IMG/VR virus record: IMGVR_UViG_3300044530_000662
Span: 32,001 to 96,000 of that record
Source: a virus
DNA: 64,000 nucleotides
Strand: one strand, 5' to 3'
Of this stretch, positions 60,820 through 64,000 are shown in pieces. How positions within the stretch are numbered: the stretch's first letter is position 1; the number at the start of each line of letters is the position of its first letter. A model generated the notes under the pieces. That model was not told where the DNA came from and made no database searches. It saw nothing but the letters and a program-made list of their open reading frames with translations. Both the position numbers and the translations under genes were made by a program.

Positions 60820-61812
60820 TTATGCTAATAGAATTCTTTGTGCTACTCCATTAATAATAACATTCCAGTATTTAGTTTGAGTTTGTGCTGCTGTAACTAC
60901 TGAACCTGCATTAGTTCCAACTGATCCAACTACAAATTGATTACTTGCTGTAGCTTGAGCATTTCTACCCAGAATAATACAACTATTAAAATTACCTGAA
61001 AAAATATTGCTACCAACTATTGTATTATTAAAACCTGATACAAGATCTTGTGCAGATCCATATCCAATTACTGTATTTTCACTACCAACAGTATTATATT
61101 GAGCAGTTTGATTTCCTAAAAATATATTACCGCTTCCTGTAGTAGTTCTAGTTCCAGCATAATATCCAATTGTTGTATTTTGACTTCCTGTAGTTGTATT
61201 CGTTGATGCTAAATAACCTATTGCAACATTTTGATCTGAATTTGAATTTAATAATGCTGCATTTCCTACAGCTGTATTATAACTACCTGTAGTATTACTA
61301 AATAATGCTCCTCTTCCGATAACAGTATTATAGTTACCAGTAGCATTATTATACATAGCATTACAACCTATTCCTGTATTTTGAATACCTCCCGTATTAC
61401 TACGTAATGTATTCCAACCTATTGCTACATTTTGTTCACCTGATGTATTTAATCTTAAAGCAAACTCACCATATGATGTATTAGTTTGCTGATTACCTTT
61501 ACCATTGTTCCAAATAGTTAAGTCAGTAGCATCATACTCTAACCATGCTGGTAATGAGCTAGTTGAATAGTTAGGAATGTTTAAAGTTGAACCTACTAAA
61601 GTAGACGCTCCACTAGTACCAAATGTAGTTAAGCTTAAGCCACCGCCACCAAGTTGAGCAGCTAGATCAGCATAAGTTATAACAGTAGGTTGATAACCAC
61701 CGCCAAATCTTGCATCTGGTGTACCAATTGCTAATAGATCTTTATTGTCTAAGGTTGTCTTAACCTTACGCGTTGTGATAAGGTTAAAGAAGTTTGTAAG
61801 ATTATTTAACAT
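60820..61812 (-). CDS. Fibre/adhesin with YadA-like 14-residue beta-roll repeats, 330 aa
   Basis: Tandem (T/S)GxxN(T/V)A(I/V)Gxx(A/T)(L/M) repeats. Confidence 0.75.
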   Translation of the reverse strand: MLNNLTNFFNLITTRKVKTTLDNKDLLAIGTPDARFGGGYQPTVITYADLAAQLGGGGLSLTTFGTSGASTLVGSTLNIPNYSTSSLPAWLEYDATDLTIWNNGKGNQQTNTSYGEFALRLNTSGEQNVAIGWNTLRSNTGGIQNTGIGCNAMYNNATGNYNTVIGRGALFSNTTGSYNTAVGNAALLNSNSDQNVAIGYLASTNTTTGSQNTTIGYYAGTRTTTGSGNIFLGNQTAQYNTVGSENTVIGYGSAQDLVSGFNNTIVGSNIFSGNFNSCIILGRNAQATASNQFVVGSVGTNAGSVVTAAQTQTKYWNVIINGVAQRILLA

Positions 61813-61814
61813 AA

Positions 61815-62366
61815 TCAGTTAATTGTATAAAGTTCATAGTAAACATACAAATCACCATCCCAGTTATTAAGACCAGCTATTGCAGGATTAGCATTATAAA
61901 GATTAAACTCTAATCCATTTGCAATACCTGTAGATATCAAATATGGAATAGTATTATCAACTATAGTGTTTTTATAATATACAGAGTATTGTAAATATAT
62001 ATTATCTCTATTAGCTACAGTAAGATCTAGATCTGGATTATTAATCTTAAAAGATACAGTGCTAGCATAACCAGGAGCAGGTCTCAATGGTGCACTTATT
62101 CCCATACCAGTAATATCAATAATACCACGGGTAGTATCTACTGTTACAACATCAGTAGCTGCTCTATTTAATTCATAATGCTTAGTATTAGCTTTACAAC
62201 CTGATTGTACAGCATCTTTAAGAGTCATTGCATAATCTTGATATCCATCATCTCTTTTAGTAAATGGTACCTCAGCACCTAATACTATTAAGTCTGTGTC
62301 AGCATTATTAGCTTCTGTTTTGATAAGTTGCTGTTTTTTCCAGTACAGCCAGTTTAATATTGTCAT
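61815..62366 (-). CDS. Fibre-associated protein sharing its N-terminal module with 60820..61812, 183 aa
   Basis: KT...DLIVLG...R.DGYQ..MTLKD aligns with KT...DLLAIG...RF.GGYQ..ITYAD. Confidence 0.55.
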   Translation of the reverse strand: MTILNWLYWKKQQLIKTEANNADTDLIVLGAEVPFTKRDDGYQDYAMTLKDAVQSGCKANTKHYELNRAATDVVTVDTTRGIIDITGMGISAPLRPAPGYASTVSFKINNPDLDLTVANRDNIYLQYSVYYKNTIVDNTIPYLISTGIANGLEFNLYNANPAIAGLNNWDGDLYVYYELYTIN

Positions 62367-62391
62367 GATATAAAAAATTAGATTACAATAT

Positions 62392-62404
62392 AATATACTA
62401 AAAA
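62392..62404 (-). promoter_or_regulatory. Putative late promoter TTTTTAGTATATT
   Basis: Identical to 29700-29712; follows a terminator; heads the fibre operon. Confidence 0.55.
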
Positions 62405-62413
62405 TAATTGAAT

Positions 62414-62444
62414 AAAAAAAATCCTTAGCTAAAAAACTAAGGAT
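62414..62444 (-). terminator. Rho-independent terminator
   Basis: ATCCTTAG...CTAAGGAT 8-bp stem plus 8 T on the minus strand. Confidence 0.75.
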
Positions 62445-62471
62445 CTTCTATATGGAGAGAAACAGGGGATA

Positions 62472-62666
62472 CTATAATCGGGTACCTAAATAAAAAGCTA
62501 CAGCCAACATAACACAAAGTAATAAGTTAGCATATTGCCTACCTGTAGGATCATCCTCATAGACATTAGACATCTTATTATATATAGGTTTAGTTAATGC
62601 ATTATGCAATAAAAAACTAAATCCTATAACAAGGGTACCTATAAAAGCAATTATAAAATCTATCAT
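62472..62666 (-). CDS. Small two-TM membrane protein, 64 aa
   Basis: Two hydrophobic segments. Confidence 0.6.
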   Translation of the reverse strand: MIDFIIAFIGTLVIGFSFLLHNALTKPIYNKMSNVYEDDPTGRQYANLLLCVMLAVAFYLGTRL

Positions 62667-62720
62667 AGTGTATCAATTCTTTTTTGTAAATATACTAAAG
62701 CTTTTTGTAAATCCTATTTT

Positions 62721-63014
62721 TTACCAAATAATAATTACATCTCCTTCATTAAGAACAAGTTTTGTCTCACCGTCAATATCAATACGCTCAACTACTTCCA
62801 TGTTTAAAGAACTTGTGCGGATGTAAACTTGATCTCCTACAGATACTTCTTCTACTTTATCACCTACTGCAAATACAGTAAGTTTGTTCCACATCTTTAC
62901 AGCTTCAGCCATGATTGCTTCTTCATCCTTTGAGCTTAACTCAATAACTGATTTCTTTCTTTCAGGAATGCTTAACAAGATTGTTCTTCCTCTTAATTTT
63001 TTAAATGGTGTCAT
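62721..63014 (-). CDS. groES: GroES-like co-chaperonin, 97 aa
   Basis: LRGRTILL...VFAVGDKVEEVSVGDQVY...LNEGDVI fits the Cpn10 pattern. Confidence 0.75.
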   Translation of the reverse strand: MTPFKKLRGRTILLSIPERKKSVIELSSKDEEAIMAEAVKMWNKLTVFAVGDKVEEVSVGDQVYIRTSSLNMEVVERIDIDGETKLVLNEGDVIIIW

Positions 63015-63017
63015 GGT

Positions 63018-63302
63018 TTATGATTTAAATGTAATTACTTTTACTACTGCCATTTGAGCGTTCACCAGTTCTCCTACTGCATGATCAAATAACAAACTTT
63101 TAATTGGAGATTTCTGCTCTGTATTATACTGATCTTTCATAAGGTTAGCAATTTCAGCCATCATAGACTTTACTTTAGCTACCTTGTCATCATTAGAAGG
63201 ATTAAATTCTATCCCTACTAGTAATTCTCCAAAAGAGAGAATCTTAGTTTCAGTAATTGTTGTTCCTTCTGGAACAGTCACTGTTGGTTTGTTTGTTTCC
63301 AT
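63018..63302 (-). CDS. Acb2/Tad1-like helical-hairpin protein (putative cyclic-nucleotide sponge), 94 aa
   Basis: FGE.LVG..FNPS....V.K.K...A...N...A.GEL.NAQM.VVK.IT matches the remembered Acb2/Tad1 hairpin family pattern. Confidence 0.55.
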   Translation of the reverse strand: METNKPTVTVPEGTTITETKILSFGELLVGIEFNPSNDDKVAKVKSMMAEIANLMKDQYNTEQKSPIKSLLFDHAVGELVNAQMAVVKVITFKS

Positions 63303-63303
63303 T

Positions 63304-63513
63304 TTATTTATTTTCTGGTTTATGGTTTGGTCCTCCTGGTTGTTGTGCTAACCATTGAACATATAACTTATCTAATGTGGTCTCGCGTGATCCAGGATAT
63401 ATTTCTAAAATATGAATAGGTTCCATGTAGCATTTAAAATCACTATTCTCTCTGGAGTAGCATGCAACCTCACGGCCCTGGTGTTGTACTATTTCTTTTG
63501 TATACTTACTCAT
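63304..63513 (-). CDS. Hypothetical protein, 69 aa
   Basis: ORF track; tight packing. Confidence 0.55.
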   Translation of the reverse strand: MSKYTKEIVQHQGREVACYSRENSDFKCYMEPIHILEIYPGSRETTLDKLYVQWLAQQPGGPNHKPENK

Positions 63514-63769
63514 TTACTTTATCATATGTAAGAACAAAGATATCCGGCTTACATGGATAGAACTCACCCTTAACTCCCATAATAATATAATCTCCTACAG
63601 TAGCAGTCATTAATCCTTCTAAGGTCTGAATCTTTAACTCAGGTTCTAACTTAGCATTAGAGTAAGTTAAATAGCCTTTAGTACAAAACTTAAGAATCTC
63701 TTCTTTGTTTTTCCCAGTCCATTGAAGAGCATCAATGACAACTGGTCTTTTTACATACTTAGGCATCAT
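63506..63769 (-). CDS. Widespread phage protein of the TLEG..GDYII.GV.GEFYPCKPDIF family, ~87 aa (start re-called)
   Basis: Signature motif intact; function unknown. Confidence 0.7.
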   Translation of the reverse strand: MMPKYVKRPVVIDALQWTGKNKEEILKFCTKGYLTYSNAKLEPELKIQTLEGLMTATVGDYIIMGVKGEFYPCKPDIFVLTYDKVNE

Positions 63770-63947
63770 ACTTAGTTTTAGCTGGTTTACTTTTTTTAGG
63801 ATCAGTAGGAAGAGCTTCATCCAAAAGACTAATCTTAATCTTTTCTAATAAACCTACTATGGCAAGATTACCATAAGCTTCTTCTCCTACTCTGACCTCA
63901 ATACCATTTTCAGTATTTGAGATACTAATTATTAACTTATTATCCAT
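63759..63947 (-). CDS. Hypothetical protein, ~62 aa (start re-called to ATG at 63947)
   Basis: The track start is a TTG inside the promoter element. Confidence 0.55.
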   Translation of the reverse strand: MDNKLIISISNTENGIEVRVGEEAYGNLAIVGLLEKIKISLLDEALPTDPKKSKPAKTKYDA

Positions 63948-63963
63948 TATATATAATTGTTGG

Positions 63964-63976
63964 TTAGACAAATATA
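63964..63976 (-). promoter_or_regulatory. Bacteroidota-type -7 promoter element TATATTTG(TCTAA)
   Basis: Fits TAnnTTTG; identical to 55633-55645. Confidence 0.6.
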
Positions 63977-64000
63977 GTAATATTTTTATTTATCAGCTAC

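Noticed and set aside
57589-62366. Diversity-generating retroelement targeting fibres
   Set aside because: No reverse transcriptase and no TR/VR pair differing at adenines seen by eye; a self-alignment would be the decisive test.
1-64000. Stop-codon reassignment (known in some crAss-like phages)
   Set aside because: Genes are full length and abut under code 11. TAG (47652, 62472) and TGA (56196) end genes at natural boundaries.
1-64000. tRNA or rRNA genes
   Set aside because: Intergenic gaps are short and AT-rich; no cloverleaf or TTCGA loop noticed. tRNAscan was not run.

Overview
This 64 kb window is the late/structural half of a large AT-rich dsDNA phage genome. It most resembles crAss-like (Crassvirales-related) phages of Bacteroidota, judged from gene order, remembered family motifs, the lack of Shine-Dalgarno sites and TAnnTTTG-type promoters. 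Essentially every real gene is on the minus strand, tightly packed and in the standard code. In transcription order (right to left) the modules are: (1) small accessory genes, including an Acb2/Tad1-like sponge and GroES; (2) fibre/receptor-binding genes; (3) a lysis cassette; (4) wHTH, HU/IHF-like and PD-(D/E)XK genes; (5) terminase, portal, scaffold and major capsid protein; (6) a block of very basic small proteins; (7) ring and ferritin-like genes and Cys-rich fibre genes; (8) ring and tail-stabilisation genes; (9) large proteins with repeated GG motifs; (10) three giant ejected proteins, the last running off the left edge. Three signals stand out. First, about 40 copies of a [AYMFK]-[QKRA]-x-G-G motif cut eight otherwise unrelated proteins into shuffled modules, which suggests a double-glycine polyprotein-processing or capsid-targeting system. 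Second, a PP2C phosphatase cassette is inserted inside a PD-(D/E)XK region of a 2568-aa ejected protein. Third, a 109-nt non-coding element has a perfect 14-bp closing stem and three 10-mers at exact 30-nt spacing separated by hairpins. All family calls come from motif recognition; no database search was run.
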